A DNA stretch of 64,000 bases from IMG/VR virus record IMGVR_UViG_3300042258_000071, positions 160,001 to 224,000 of that record; one strand, 5' to 3'. Every line of letters starts with the position of its first letter. The stretch's first letter is position 1. The position numbers were made by a program, and so were the translations under genes. Shown piece by piece: positions 19,470-28,274 of the stretch. The notes under the pieces were generated by a model. It was not told the origin of the DNA. It searched no databases and saw only the letters and a program-made list of their open reading frames with translations. Source of the stretch: a virus. Taxonomy: Duplodnaviria > Caudoviricetes.

Positions 19470-20303
19470 ATGTCTAAAGGTTCGCCAGTTAAGAAATATG
19501 CTAAATTTAAAAAAATAAAAGAAGGAGACATTCTCATTACGGGGGAGGTGGTTTATGATGCACGTATTACAGAATCCGTTTATGTAGTTAAAAAAACGGA
19601 TAATGGAGACCTATACATCTCCTTGGAGGAAGAAATTTATTTGCTACAAGAACATGCCGCACGTAATGGCGGTACGCTCATGGGTTTTTCGAAAATTGGA
19701 CCCCAAAATGGGTTAACATTTTCTCAGGCCTTGGAGATCTTACAAGCGACCAACTATCATACCCTTCTTACCTTCACACCACCAAATACCGTACCAATGA
19801 TTATTGGGGTGAAGATTATAGGACGTGAAAACACTCCCGAACTGATCAAACTTCGGTACTTTGAAAACCCTGGGATGTTGACCTATGAAGCGTGGGCCCC
19901 GCGACTTCAAGAACTGGAACATCATAATTGGGGGGTGTTGGATGGCGGTAGTGGCATGTGGTGGCCTGATAAGGAACATGGGTGTTGTACAGAAAACGGA
20001 AAAGAAGAAGATAACAAAGCTACCAATAAACGACCGGATGGGGTCGTATCAATACTTGGTGAAATAATCTATCTTGGGGACATTCAGAGTATATCTTCAG
20101 TGTCTGGTCATGATGATGTATGGCACATCTCTGTGACCTTAAAAAATAGTAGTCGAAATTCCCTCATTGGGTATAATCAAGGTTACTCCCGAGAAGAGTT
20201 AATACAGGCACGATCAATGCTAGAAAAATTGTGGGTACACCACTGTGATGTCCCACTCCTGTTAAACATCCCAGAATACGTTGTCCCTAGCACCGGAGCT
20301 TAA
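19470..20303 (+). CDS. Multidomain protein with possible DUF2829/Tad2-like central domain
   Basis: LTFSQALEIL...WAPRLQELEHHNWGVL. Confidence 0.55.
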   Translation: MSKGSPVKKYAKFKKIKEGDILITGEVVYDARITESVYVVKKTDNGDLYISLEEEIYLLQEHAARNGGTLMGFSKIGPQNGLTFSQALEILQATNYHTLLTFTPPNTVPMIIGVKIIGRENTPELIKLRYFENPGMLTYEAWAPRLQELEHHNWGVLDGGSGMWWPDKEHGCCTENGKEEDNKATNKRPDGVVSILGEIIYLGDIQSISSVSGHDDVWHISVTLKNSSRNSLIGYNQGYSREELIQARSMLEKLWVHHCDVPLLLNIPEYVVPSTGA

Positions 20304-20314
20304 ATACACATGAA

Positions 20315-20341
20315 GTAGGGGCAGGGTTATCCTGCCCCTAC
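20315..20341. terminator. Hairpin
   Basis: GTAGGGGCAGG-gttat-CCTGCCCCTAC just after stop. Confidence 0.7.
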
Positions 20342-20425
20342 ACATCCTTGTAATTAACTATATCTCATATTTATCCATTATGAGAGTAAGTTACTTCAAA
20401 TACCTCATTAAATAGGAATGATTAA

Positions 20426-20644
20426 ATGACAGACACACTTGACACCATCAACATTGAGCAGCGTAAGTTCGATGACTTCATGAAAAAATTTAAAAGCGGT
20501 AAGTTTGGGACTCAACGTCTCGGACAAGCTTTTGAGAGTCACTTCAATCTTAGTCATATCCAAAAAATTAAAGATGTCAACATCTGGTCTAAGGATGGAG
20601 AACAGGCTCTTAACTGTATCAGATCTATTGTAACATTTTCCTAA
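20426..20644 (+). CDS. Small hypothetical protein (QRLGQA motif)
   Basis: SD AGGA; 72 aa. Confidence 0.7.
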   Translation: MTDTLDTINIEQRKFDDFMKKFKSGKFGTQRLGQAFESHFNLSHIQKIKDVNIWSKDGEQALNCIRSIVTFS

Positions 20645-20657
20645 AAGACCATCTAAC

Positions 20658-21143
20658 ATGATCACTTACACAAATTGTCATTCCGTAATAGAAATGTTAG
20701 CAACCCTTCCTTTCATAAAAGATCTTGATCGCTACTACCCTAACATAGAAGATTGGTATGTGAATAAAGTAATTCCCGGAATGATTCAGGGTTCAGATGG
20801 GATGGTCATCGCCAAAGATGGAGATACACCAATTGGAGTCGGACTCTATAAGTCCGAACCATATGAGAAAAAGTTGCGATGCATTCGCGTACTTCCACCA
20901 TATAAAGGTAGAGGTGTAGGTCTTCACTTAATTGATCGGACCCTTAAAAAACTAGACTGTGCTAAACCTACAGTGTCGGTTGCAGAAGAACTAATTCATG
21001 AGTATTCTAGAATATTTGTCAATCGATATGATTTTAAAATCTCTCATGTCTACCGAGGAATTTATCGTACGTCTAAATTGGAATACGAATTCAATGGACA
21101 CCTCAACCTTGCAGACTCCCCACCCTATGGGTCAGTAGGTTAG
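20658..21143 (+). CDS. GNAT acetyltransferase
   Basis: IRVLPPYKGRGVGLHL acetyl-CoA-binding motif A. Confidence 0.85.
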   Translation: MITYTNCHSVIEMLATLPFIKDLDRYYPNIEDWYVNKVIPGMIQGSDGMVIAKDGDTPIGVGLYKSEPYEKKLRCIRVLPPYKGRGVGLHLIDRTLKKLDCAKPTVSVAEELIHEYSRIFVNRYDFKISHVYRGIYRTSKLEYEFNGHLNLADSPPYGSVG

Positions 21144-21338
21144 AAACGGAATAATTAGATGACCATTCAGAACTGCCCATTCATTACTCTGACGGTTCTG
21201 AATGGTCAAGTAAGAATGTCCTTGATAATTTCAAGACGGATGACATTGTGAAAAATACAATGGAAGATATCCGTCAGATTCTACAGAAAAATGGTGTTGT
21301 GGTCAAAATTATCGACCATAGTTAAATTGGAGTTAGAA

Positions 21339-21839
21339 ATGACATCTCAGGTAAAAAAATCTAAGAGAAAGAGAAATCCTATCCCAGGGTTTGTTAAACC
21401 CCCAAAAGTAGATCTAAATAATTTGTCTCTTGAAGAGTGTGTTCAAAATTTATGGGAAAAACCAACTAAAGGATATATCTCAGCTCTCGCATTTAAACTT
21501 CGGGAAACATTTGAAATCAAACAACATGAAGCCTTGAGGATGGTCGCACATTGGTATGGGTTTGAATCCTATACTGATTTATTCTATTCTAAACTAGACA
21601 TTTATACAAGTACTGAAGAAGATCGTACTTCTTATGAGAAACGCATACCTTATCGGGATGAAAATCGACTGTTTAGAAAAAGTCAAACTTCCAGACATAG
21701 AGTATATAAAGAAATTGAATCTTTACCTTCTAAGTCTCTACCTATTCAAACGGGTCTTGATGAAATACATAAAAGACAATCTCACTCACCTATTGATAAA
21801 AACGCTGCAACTGAAATACTACCTCCCAAGTCAAACTGA
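21339..21839 (+). CDS. Hypothetical protein with short helical domain
   Basis: IKQHEALRMVAHWYGFESY, similar to a known phage-associated helical motif; SD GGAG. Confidence 0.65.
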   Translation: MTSQVKKSKRKRNPIPGFVKPPKVDLNNLSLEECVQNLWEKPTKGYISALAFKLRETFEIKQHEALRMVAHWYGFESYTDLFYSKLDIYTSTEEDRTSYEKRIPYRDENRLFRKSQTSRHRVYKEIESLPSKSLPIQTGLDEIHKRQSHSPIDKNAATEILPPKSN

Positions 21840-21862
21840 GATTTAAATTGGAGTTAGAATAG

Positions 21863-22252
21863 ATGCCAGGTATGAACATTGCAATTCTTAATGACGGTGA
21901 AGGTAACCCGATATCGGTAACCATGTCATATTCCATGTACCAGTCATTAATAGGTAAACCGGTAGAGTTGCCAGAATCGAATAATAGTGATGATCGGGTA
22001 ATCATAGCTAACTCTATATGGTCAGGTACTTACTCAAAAGATCTTAGAGTTAAATTAGGATTGTCACAACAAGACGTGGCATCTATGTTAAGTATATCTC
22101 AATCGTCTCTCTCAAACTTTGAAAATGGCGTGCATAAACCATCCCAATCTCTGAGAATAGAGAAGATGGTAAGGCGTATATTAAAATTAGAAGGGAGTGA
22201 TAAAAAAAAAATGAATATGAAGTACCATCTTCGATGTACTACGTCAGAATAA
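21863..22252 (+). CDS. XRE-family HTH protein
   Basis: LRVKLGLSQQDVASMLSISQSSLSNFENGVHKP. Confidence 0.9.
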   Translation: MPGMNIAILNDGEGNPISVTMSYSMYQSLIGKPVELPESNNSDDRVIIANSIWSGTYSKDLRVKLGLSQQDVASMLSISQSSLSNFENGVHKPSQSLRIEKMVRRILKLEGSDKKKMNMKYHLRCTTSE

Positions 22253-22306
22253 AGAAGTAGGATACTCATCATACCCTACCACGTAAACATGTAAAGGAGA
22301 TCCACA

Positions 22307-22756
22307 ATGACATATCCTAACCATTCCAGAATACTCGAAGAATATGCAAGTGAAGTTATCCCAATGATTTTAGAAGAATCTGAGAAACTCCACAACTCAA
22401 CTCCTTTTCAGATCATGTCCAGCATCAATACCTGGGAACTTGTGGACACTGAATTGTCGTCTGTTCGAGGTATGTCTGAAGAAGAACTCAGAAATTCCAT
22501 TATTGCAGACATACAGAATGTTGCATACTGGGGTATCAACAATAAAAAACTCATTATGATGCCAGAAGACCTCCATCGTCATGTAGCTGACGAAGATCAG
22601 AAGCAGCGCATCATGGAAGCGTTCCAGCATAAAGACGTTCAAGATCTCATCACAACATCCAGTGATGGAGGTTTGATCATTCGTGAAGATAGAAAATCTG
22701 AGGCAGAAGAATATTGTGGCGTATATGTTCTGACCCCATACCCCCACAATGGGTAA
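22307..22756 (+). CDS. Hypothetical protein
   Basis: SD AAGGAG, 149 aa. Confidence 0.8.
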   Translation: MTYPNHSRILEEYASEVIPMILEESEKLHNSTPFQIMSSINTWELVDTELSSVRGMSEEELRNSIIADIQNVAYWGINNKKLIMMPEDLHRHVADEDQKQRIMEAFQHKDVQDLITTSSDGGLIIREDRKSEAEEYCGVYVLTPYPHNG

Positions 22757-23261
22757 ACTACTCACATATCACATAAAGGAAGACGATATGTTTCATCATG
22801 TGGAAGTCGTTCTGCCAAATATGTCTGACTCTAAGGCCAAAATTATTGCTACTAAAGTTTTAAATACATACCTCCCTCTCTCCGAATGTAGGTCGGGCTT
22901 TCATGAAATATTTGGATCATGGGAATTTGGGGGACAAGAAATTGAGCCACATGGGTGGCAATGGCAGGATTCGGATTCTACCATGGAATCAGAATACATT
23001 CGTCAACTTAAAACTCTCCCAAAAGACTATCTTTTATCTCACGCCGTAATTGTCGAATACAAACACCATCATGGCACCCCCAACGGTCCTAAGACGTGGG
23101 ATATTTCCACACTTCTTATATCTCACATATGGAATGGAATTTTATGGCAAAAAGCCGCATTTTCAGGAAACATCTTTGATACAGTTCACTATCACAATGA
23201 ACGTAGCGAATCTAATATCACAGACGATTGGATTTCCGTAACAGCAACTTGTCAAGACTAA
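22749..23261 (+). CDS. Hypothetical protein
   Basis: 170-aa ORF, start may be 22788. Confidence 0.75.
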   Translation: MGKLLTYHIKEDDMFHHVEVVLPNMSDSKAKIIATKVLNTYLPLSECRSGFHEIFGSWEFGGQEIEPHGWQWQDSDSTMESEYIRQLKTLPKDYLLSHAVIVEYKHHHGTPNGPKTWDISTLLISHIWNGILWQKAAFSGNIFDTVHYHNERSESNITDDWISVTATCQD

Positions 23262-23286
23262 AGAGTAATTGAAGGGAAAACTTATC

Positions 23287-23871
23287 ATGGTGCTTAAGGC
23301 ATTGGAATCCTTAAAAGAATACACATTCAACTTGTATCATTACAGTCCTGTTCCACGTACTTACTTATCTGCCACATCAACTATTTCACATAAAAAGAAT
23401 ATCGATATTGAAAAACGAGACAGATCAGACAGTATATCTCTGTTCTTTGACCCTGTTCCGATTGAACTTATCCGAAAACATTATCCAAAAGAATCTATGT
23501 GGAAAGCACCGCGTATTATTGAACATGTGGTTACAGTAAAAAGTCTCCCTACTAAACTCTCGTTTACGATTGTTGAAACAAAAAGTCTAACAAAACTCGC
23601 CGATGAAAAATGGGGAAAAATCCCAGAATCGGAGTATCTAAAAGAAGAAGAGAAGATTCATCGAAAAGAAAATACTCAGGGTTTAGGGAAAACTAATTTA
23701 ATATCAATGATCCCCCAGTTTATGGGTGGAACAGAAGCTGCATATAAAAAACTTGTTAAACGCCCAGATTTTAAAGGGGATCTGGATACGTATTATGCGG
23801 CAACGGTTCCACATGTCATGCTCTGGGTTCCTACTGGTAGGCTTCTTGTACATAAAAAATATGCAATTTAA
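23287..23871 (+). CDS. Hypothetical protein, paralogue of 17405-17869, with N-terminal A-L-E site
   Basis: Shared motifs with 17405; begins MVLKALES. Confidence 0.8.
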   Translation: MVLKALESLKEYTFNLYHYSPVPRTYLSATSTISHKKNIDIEKRDRSDSISLFFDPVPIELIRKHYPKESMWKAPRIIEHVVTVKSLPTKLSFTIVETKSLTKLADEKWGKIPESEYLKEEEKIHRKENTQGLGKTNLISMIPQFMGGTEAAYKKLVKRPDFKGDLDTYYAATVPHVMLWVPTGRLLVHKKYAI

Positions 23872-24071
23872 ACTACTGATAATCTTAAACACATTGTTCA
23901 CAATAATGGTGACTTAGAGATACTCAATCTACCAATGAAAGAATATTTAAACGTCCATACTTCAAGACCACATACCTGTTGTAAAAGATCCAATGTTTGC
24001 ACTCAGATGATTTGCACAGGGCTGAACAGTAAATCATCTTCGATTCAGACTCAACTTAAGGAAGTGTTATA

Positions 24072-24815
24072 GTGAAAAAGTCTCGGTTAGAAAGAATGCG
24101 TTTTGCACGTAAAAATAAAGAAACCAGTTCTAATGGCCCTGTTCTTAACGAAGATAAGGGTCAGTTTAATGGTTCCTGTAATCGAACCGCATGTCAAGCT
24201 CCACACGCCATCTGGTGGAACCGTGGTTCACATTCTCACTACTGTGCTAGATGCAAAACTATCCTCGATTTTGCAAATCGTCATGAAGCCATGCAGTTAT
24301 TCCATGGACCTCTCTGTGTTCCAGCTAAATCGGAATCTGGATACACACTCTTCTGTGCACCGGAAGGTTGTGAAGACAAATCCATTATGAACATTGCGGA
24401 TCGAAGATTTAGTGAAAAACGTGATCCGAAGTTTGTACATCTACATGATGTAGAATCTGTCATTTCATACTTGGACGACAACGGGTGTCCTGATATTCTC
24501 CAAATCGAAATGTCGGAAGATGAAACTGAACAAATCTTAACTTATCTATATGGTAAAACTGAAAATAATCCAGAGTGGGTGGATGGTAAGTTGTATCACC
24601 TGAGGTTGTCAGCACTTGACCCTCAGTCCCCAAAAGATTCATCAAAAAGAGTATACTACGATCCAGAGATGGATGTGACTGCTAAAGAGAACACTTTTAA
24701 AGAGTTAAGAGTCTGTCTCATTCGAACCATGTTCACTGACTATCATAAGTTCTTTAATCAATTAGAATGGCGTCGTTGTGAATTTGACGGTATTCTTAGT
24801 ATGGTACAAATTTAA
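24072..24815 (+). CDS. Cys-rich Zn-binding domain fused to a degenerate receiver-like domain
   Basis: KGQFNGSCNRTACQ...YCARC; VESVISYLDDNGCPDILQI. Confidence 0.6.
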   Translation: MKKSRLERMRFARKNKETSSNGPVLNEDKGQFNGSCNRTACQAPHAIWWNRGSHSHYCARCKTILDFANRHEAMQLFHGPLCVPAKSESGYTLFCAPEGCEDKSIMNIADRRFSEKRDPKFVHLHDVESVISYLDDNGCPDILQIEMSEDETEQILTYLYGKTENNPEWVDGKLYHLRLSALDPQSPKDSSKRVYYDPEMDVTAKENTFKELRVCLIRTMFTDYHKFFNQLEWRRCEFDGILSMVQI

Positions 24816-24914
24816 AGGGGATGGCGCATGTGTAGCGCCATCCTTCTCTTATCCTCTTACTCTTTTTTATTAATTTAAGAATATGGAGTTGAAGATTGAT
24901 AACGATTAAAAGTA

Positions 24915-24930
24915 TATATTACTAAATTGA
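24915..24930 (+). promoter_or_regulatory. Early promoter TATATTAC-N5-TGA
   Basis: TATATTACtaaatTGA after hairpin 24819-24843. Confidence 0.8.
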
Positions 24931-24958
24931 ATTAACGTCTCATAAAGGAGTTCCACCG

Positions 24959-25708
24959 ATGACTAGCGAAATAAAGACGATTTGGTTCTCAAATAAGATT
25001 CTGAAATTCCTAAAAATACGTTCTTTTGAACGCGGCCCTAAGAATAAATTCATGAACTGGGTTTTACAAGGATCGTGGATCGAAGCTCATGGCATCTTCG
25101 GATTTGGACTTTCGCTATGCAATTTTCAAGATGACCAGTATGGACACTTCAGTCTCTATATTCATCTAGGTTACCCGTCTATCTATCTTAAACTCCCTTA
25201 CTTTAAAAGAGAACCTAAGGATGGCGGGATGATTGATAAGTGGGGTTTTAATTTCAATACAGATTTTCTTCATCTTAATTTTGGTCCAAACCGGGGGATG
25301 GTTATAGATCTTCCATGGAGTTGGTCCTTTGTCAGTCACAGTGTTTTACAAGAAGATGGTACTTGGACGACAGATTATTATCGAGACACTCCTAAAATGA
25401 AAACTGATGATATTCGAGCACATGCTCAATATGAGAAACATCCCTATACGTATACACCTCGGTATGGAGCCACTCATACGGTTCAAGCCGCTATAACAAC
25501 TGAAAAATATGAATGGCGCATGAAATGGTTGCGACGCATTCCTATTTTTCGTAAGATCCGCAGGTGTATAGATGTGAACTTTGAACGAGAAATAGGGGAA
25601 GACGTCGGATCTTGGAAAGGTGGCGTCATTGGATGTGGGTACGATATGCTTCCAAACGAAACTGCTTTAGACACGCTTCGGCGTATGGAGCGAGAACGTA
25701 AATTTTAA
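24959..25708 (+). CDS. Phage hypothetical protein (GSWKGG motif)
   Basis: SD AAGGAG; C-terminal EIGEDVGSWKGG...LRRMERERKF. Confidence 0.85.
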   Translation: MTSEIKTIWFSNKILKFLKIRSFERGPKNKFMNWVLQGSWIEAHGIFGFGLSLCNFQDDQYGHFSLYIHLGYPSIYLKLPYFKREPKDGGMIDKWGFNFNTDFLHLNFGPNRGMVIDLPWSWSFVSHSVLQEDGTWTTDYYRDTPKMKTDDIRAHAQYEKHPYTYTPRYGATHTVQAAITTEKYEWRMKWLRRIPIFRKIRRCIDVNFEREIGEDVGSWKGGVIGCGYDMLPNETALDTLRRMERERKF

Positions 25709-25867
25709 GTAGGACACCTTAGTAGGAGTGAGAAGATCTCACTCCTGCTTATAGGCTTTATATCCGATAAGTAAGATCACTATCTTACCATCCTTATTTA
25801 TTGAATATCGGAGAAGTAAAAGTTCACTCACGATAGACTTTTAAACATAAAAATGGGAGTTAAAGAT

Positions 25868-26176
25868 ATGTATACAAAACATGAGATTTTGAAGATTATC
25901 CAAACTCTCTATGATGCCGGACTATCTTCAGATGAAATTCTTAAAGGTCTTAAGAATATTCTTACAAAAGACAGGGAGGATCCCACTAGCACTGTTCTGG
26001 AATATGTAGAATGTGAACCTGGCGATCGCATTGAATTCAGAAAAAGCCGAGGGTTATCCCAAACTGAGATAGCACGTGTTTTAGGAGTCTCTCAGAAAAC
26101 TGTTTCAAACTGGGAAACTACCTTAGTAACATGTGAGGATCTTAAAAAGAGACTCCCTATCTGTGAAAATATTTGA
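25868..26176 (+). CDS. XRE-family HTH protein
   Basis: FRKSRGLSQTEIARVLGVSQKTVSNWE. Confidence 0.85.
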   Translation: MYTKHEILKIIQTLYDAGLSSDEILKGLKNILTKDREDPTSTVLEYVECEPGDRIEFRKSRGLSQTEIARVLGVSQKTVSNWETTLVTCEDLKKRLPICENI

Positions 26177-26223
26177 CACTCACTGAAACCTCTATCATTA
26201 AAAAAATAAGAAGAGATATCAAA

Positions 26224-26251
26224 TAGAGAGTGCCCGCAAGGGCACTCTCTA
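26224..26251. terminator. Bidirectional hairpin with GCAA tetraloop
   Basis: TAGAGAGTGCCC-gcaa-GGGCACTCTCTA between convergent genes. Confidence 0.8.
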
Positions 26252-26259
26252 CTCACTCG

Positions 26260-26868
26260 TTAATATGTGCATTTCCAGTTAGTCGTCAGTTGACGACTAA
26301 CATTTCCAACGTCCCTTAGCCATCCCACCCGATTTTTAGTAATGACCAGATATTTGGCACCGGCTAACCGACGGGTGATCATGGCCGGTGTCCCGGTCAA
26401 TTCTTTCAACCTCGGGAGGTACTTTGATCTGGCGAGATTTCGATCAATTTTTAATGTCATGATGGGTGACATATATTGATCCCACCCTTCCTGGGCCACT
26501 GCCTCCGGTATTGACTCACGTTCTACGAACTGCAACCACCACAGATCAACAAGACCTGCGGCCAGTTTCCCCACTAGCCAGTCATTGTCATTGTAGAAGG
26601 CTCGGCGTTTACCGAGTTTTATTTCTGGGGTGTTCTCCAGGTTTGGTAGGATTAAGGTCGGTGTCGGGTATGAAGAGTCTGGATCTTCGATTTTAACCCA
26701 TATGCCATCAATATATTGATGCCAGTGAGATTCTGTCCCTGGACAAACCAGGTGCACACGCCGTACGGCGCTCCAGGCTTGCTTCCAAGCCTCTTTGTAT
26801 AGAGACGTGCGATCTACGGTGATCACACCGTTACGGAAGCTGAAGAATGCGTTTGCACATTTAGTCAT
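26260..26868 (-). CDS. Hypothetical protein (inverted early cassette)
   Basis: SD AGGAG; own minus-strand TATATTAC. Confidence 0.8.
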   Translation of the reverse strand: MTKCANAFFSFRNGVITVDRTSLYKEAWKQAWSAVRRVHLVCPGTESHWHQYIDGIWVKIEDPDSSYPTPTLILPNLENTPEIKLGKRRAFYNDNDWLVGKLAAGLVDLWWLQFVERESIPEAVAQEGWDQYMSPIMTLKIDRNLARSKYLPRLKELTGTPAMITRRLAGAKYLVITKNRVGWLRDVGNVSRQLTTNWKCTY

Positions 26869-26907
26869 GGTAGTCTCCTAATTGAGAATGATGAAGGTAT
26901 CCTATTA

Positions 26908-26915
26908 GTAATATA
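26908..26915 (-). promoter_or_regulatory. Early promoter TATATTAC
   Basis: GTAATATA on + strand, 40 nt upstream of the minus-strand ORF. Confidence 0.75.
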
Positions 26916-27134
26916 TATCTAAGAAGAAATGATTGTCAATATGGGGATATCGTCATGGAAATAAAAGATAGAATGACTGACCTTGACTAGGTGTCTTTTA
27001 AACTATAATAAGTAGCATATAACGCGTGTAGTGTGATTATAAACTTTAACAAAGTATCCAATAAGTAGTGGTGGGATGCCCACCACTACTTCCATATTGT
27101 CACTTGTAATTCAGCTTTCTAAAGGAGACATGAA

Positions 27135-27476
27135 TTGGTAGAATTTATTATTTGGACTACATACACTATCGTGGCTGTTATACTCTCTGTTGTTGGTTAC
27201 ATTGTGTACATGCAGATCCATTCCGAGAAATTCAAGGAACAGGCTGAAGATGCGATCATTAAGATCTGCGCAGAAAAGAGGTCTAACATTAAAGAATCTG
27301 ATTACATAAAGTATCTCAGGATCTATTATAGATGCTGTTTTATTCAAAACGTTGTCAGTGTGCGATCAAAAAGTATATCAGAAATTCAAGCAGATTCTAA
27401 GAAGATTGCCCTTCGAGATACTCAAAGAATGATTGATGCCGTAAATCGAAAAGGTGCAATAGGGAATCCTTCTTAA
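27135..27476 (+). CDS. Membrane-anchored hypothetical protein
   Basis: N-terminal hydrophobic helix; SD AAGGAG. Confidence 0.65.
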   Translation: MVEFIIWTTYTIVAVILSVVGYIVYMQIHSEKFKEQAEDAIIKICAEKRSNIKESDYIKYLRIYYRCCFIQNVVSVRSKSISEIQADSKKIALRDTQRMIDAVNRKGAIGNPS

Positions 27477-27527
27477 GGTAGCACAAACTAAAAACATTAC
27501 ATCCTTATAATGGAAAGGAATTAGATC

Positions 27528-28004
27528 ATGTCGACCTTAAATGTCCGGACTATATCAGAAGAAGTTACCCTTATCGAATGTCAGGGGACCTTCCAGACCT
27601 CAACTCCTGAGCAACGTGCCAAGTACGAGAATCTCAATACCTCAATTGAAGGCGCCCTAGATCTCATCATGGCTGGTGAGATCAATTCATTTTATCTCAT
27701 TGGGTGTGATTTTGGACTCTATCGTCCTTCTGAACCTTGTTGTATGGTTCGAGTGTTTAGAGAAGCTGATAATCCAAAAGATCGCATCATCGCATGTCAC
27801 TCCCTTAAATTTATGGATGGGGAATATCGCACCGGAAGCGGTCATTACGGTCGATGTGACAGTGAAGCTACATTAAATTATCTCTCCGGAGAGTTCTTGA
27901 AAGCTTCTCTTATCAACAGCCAGATCGTAGAATTTATTCAGAAACGTAACGGTGGAGAACCAATCCCGAATCATCAGCGGCTGTGCAAGGTCAAGATTTT
28001 CTAA
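27528..28004 (+). CDS. Hypothetical protein
   Basis: SD AAGGA, 158 aa. Confidence 0.8.
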   Translation: MSTLNVRTISEEVTLIECQGTFQTSTPEQRAKYENLNTSIEGALDLIMAGEINSFYLIGCDFGLYRPSEPCCMVRVFREADNPKDRIIACHSLKFMDGEYRTGSGHYGRCDSEATLNYLSGEFLKASLINSQIVEFIQKRNGGEPIPNHQRLCKVKIF

Positions 28005-28094
28005 TCAAACACCCGGAAAAGAGGAAGGTACTACAAAAAATGATGTAACGATCCTTAACGTATAAAATACAGTTATCATTGTCAGGAGATTATA

Positions 28095-28142
28095 AGAGAA
28101 GGAAGTGCCTAGAGGCACTTCCTTCTCTACTCTTTATTTTTT
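28095..28142 (+). terminator. Terminator hairpin
   Basis: 16-bp stem AGAGAAGGAAGTGCCT/AGGCACTTCCTTCTCT plus T-rich tail. Confidence 0.8.
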
Positions 28143-28163
28143 ATCTCAATGGTACTCTATTTA

Positions 28164-28179
28164 TATATTACTTCTATGA
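28164..28179 (+). promoter_or_regulatory. Early promoter TATATTAC-N5-TGA
   Basis: TATATTACttctaTGA. Confidence 0.8.
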
Positions 28180-28274
28180 TAGAGGTTGTACTATTATTTC
28201 ATACATTTAAAATGATGAAATTAAAAAGTACCACATACCCATATATTCGGTATCACTTTTAAAAGAGAGGTGTC

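Noticed and set aside
21160-21208. 14-bp inverted repeat TGACCATTCAGAAC/GTTCTGAATGGTCA as a MITE
   Set aside because: Single copy with no target-site duplication; it follows a stop codon, so a terminator or operator is simpler.
22202-22260. Possible frameshift at the A10 run near the end of the XRE gene
   Set aside because: Both frames end within a few codons and the HTH is already complete, so it cannot be decided from sequence.
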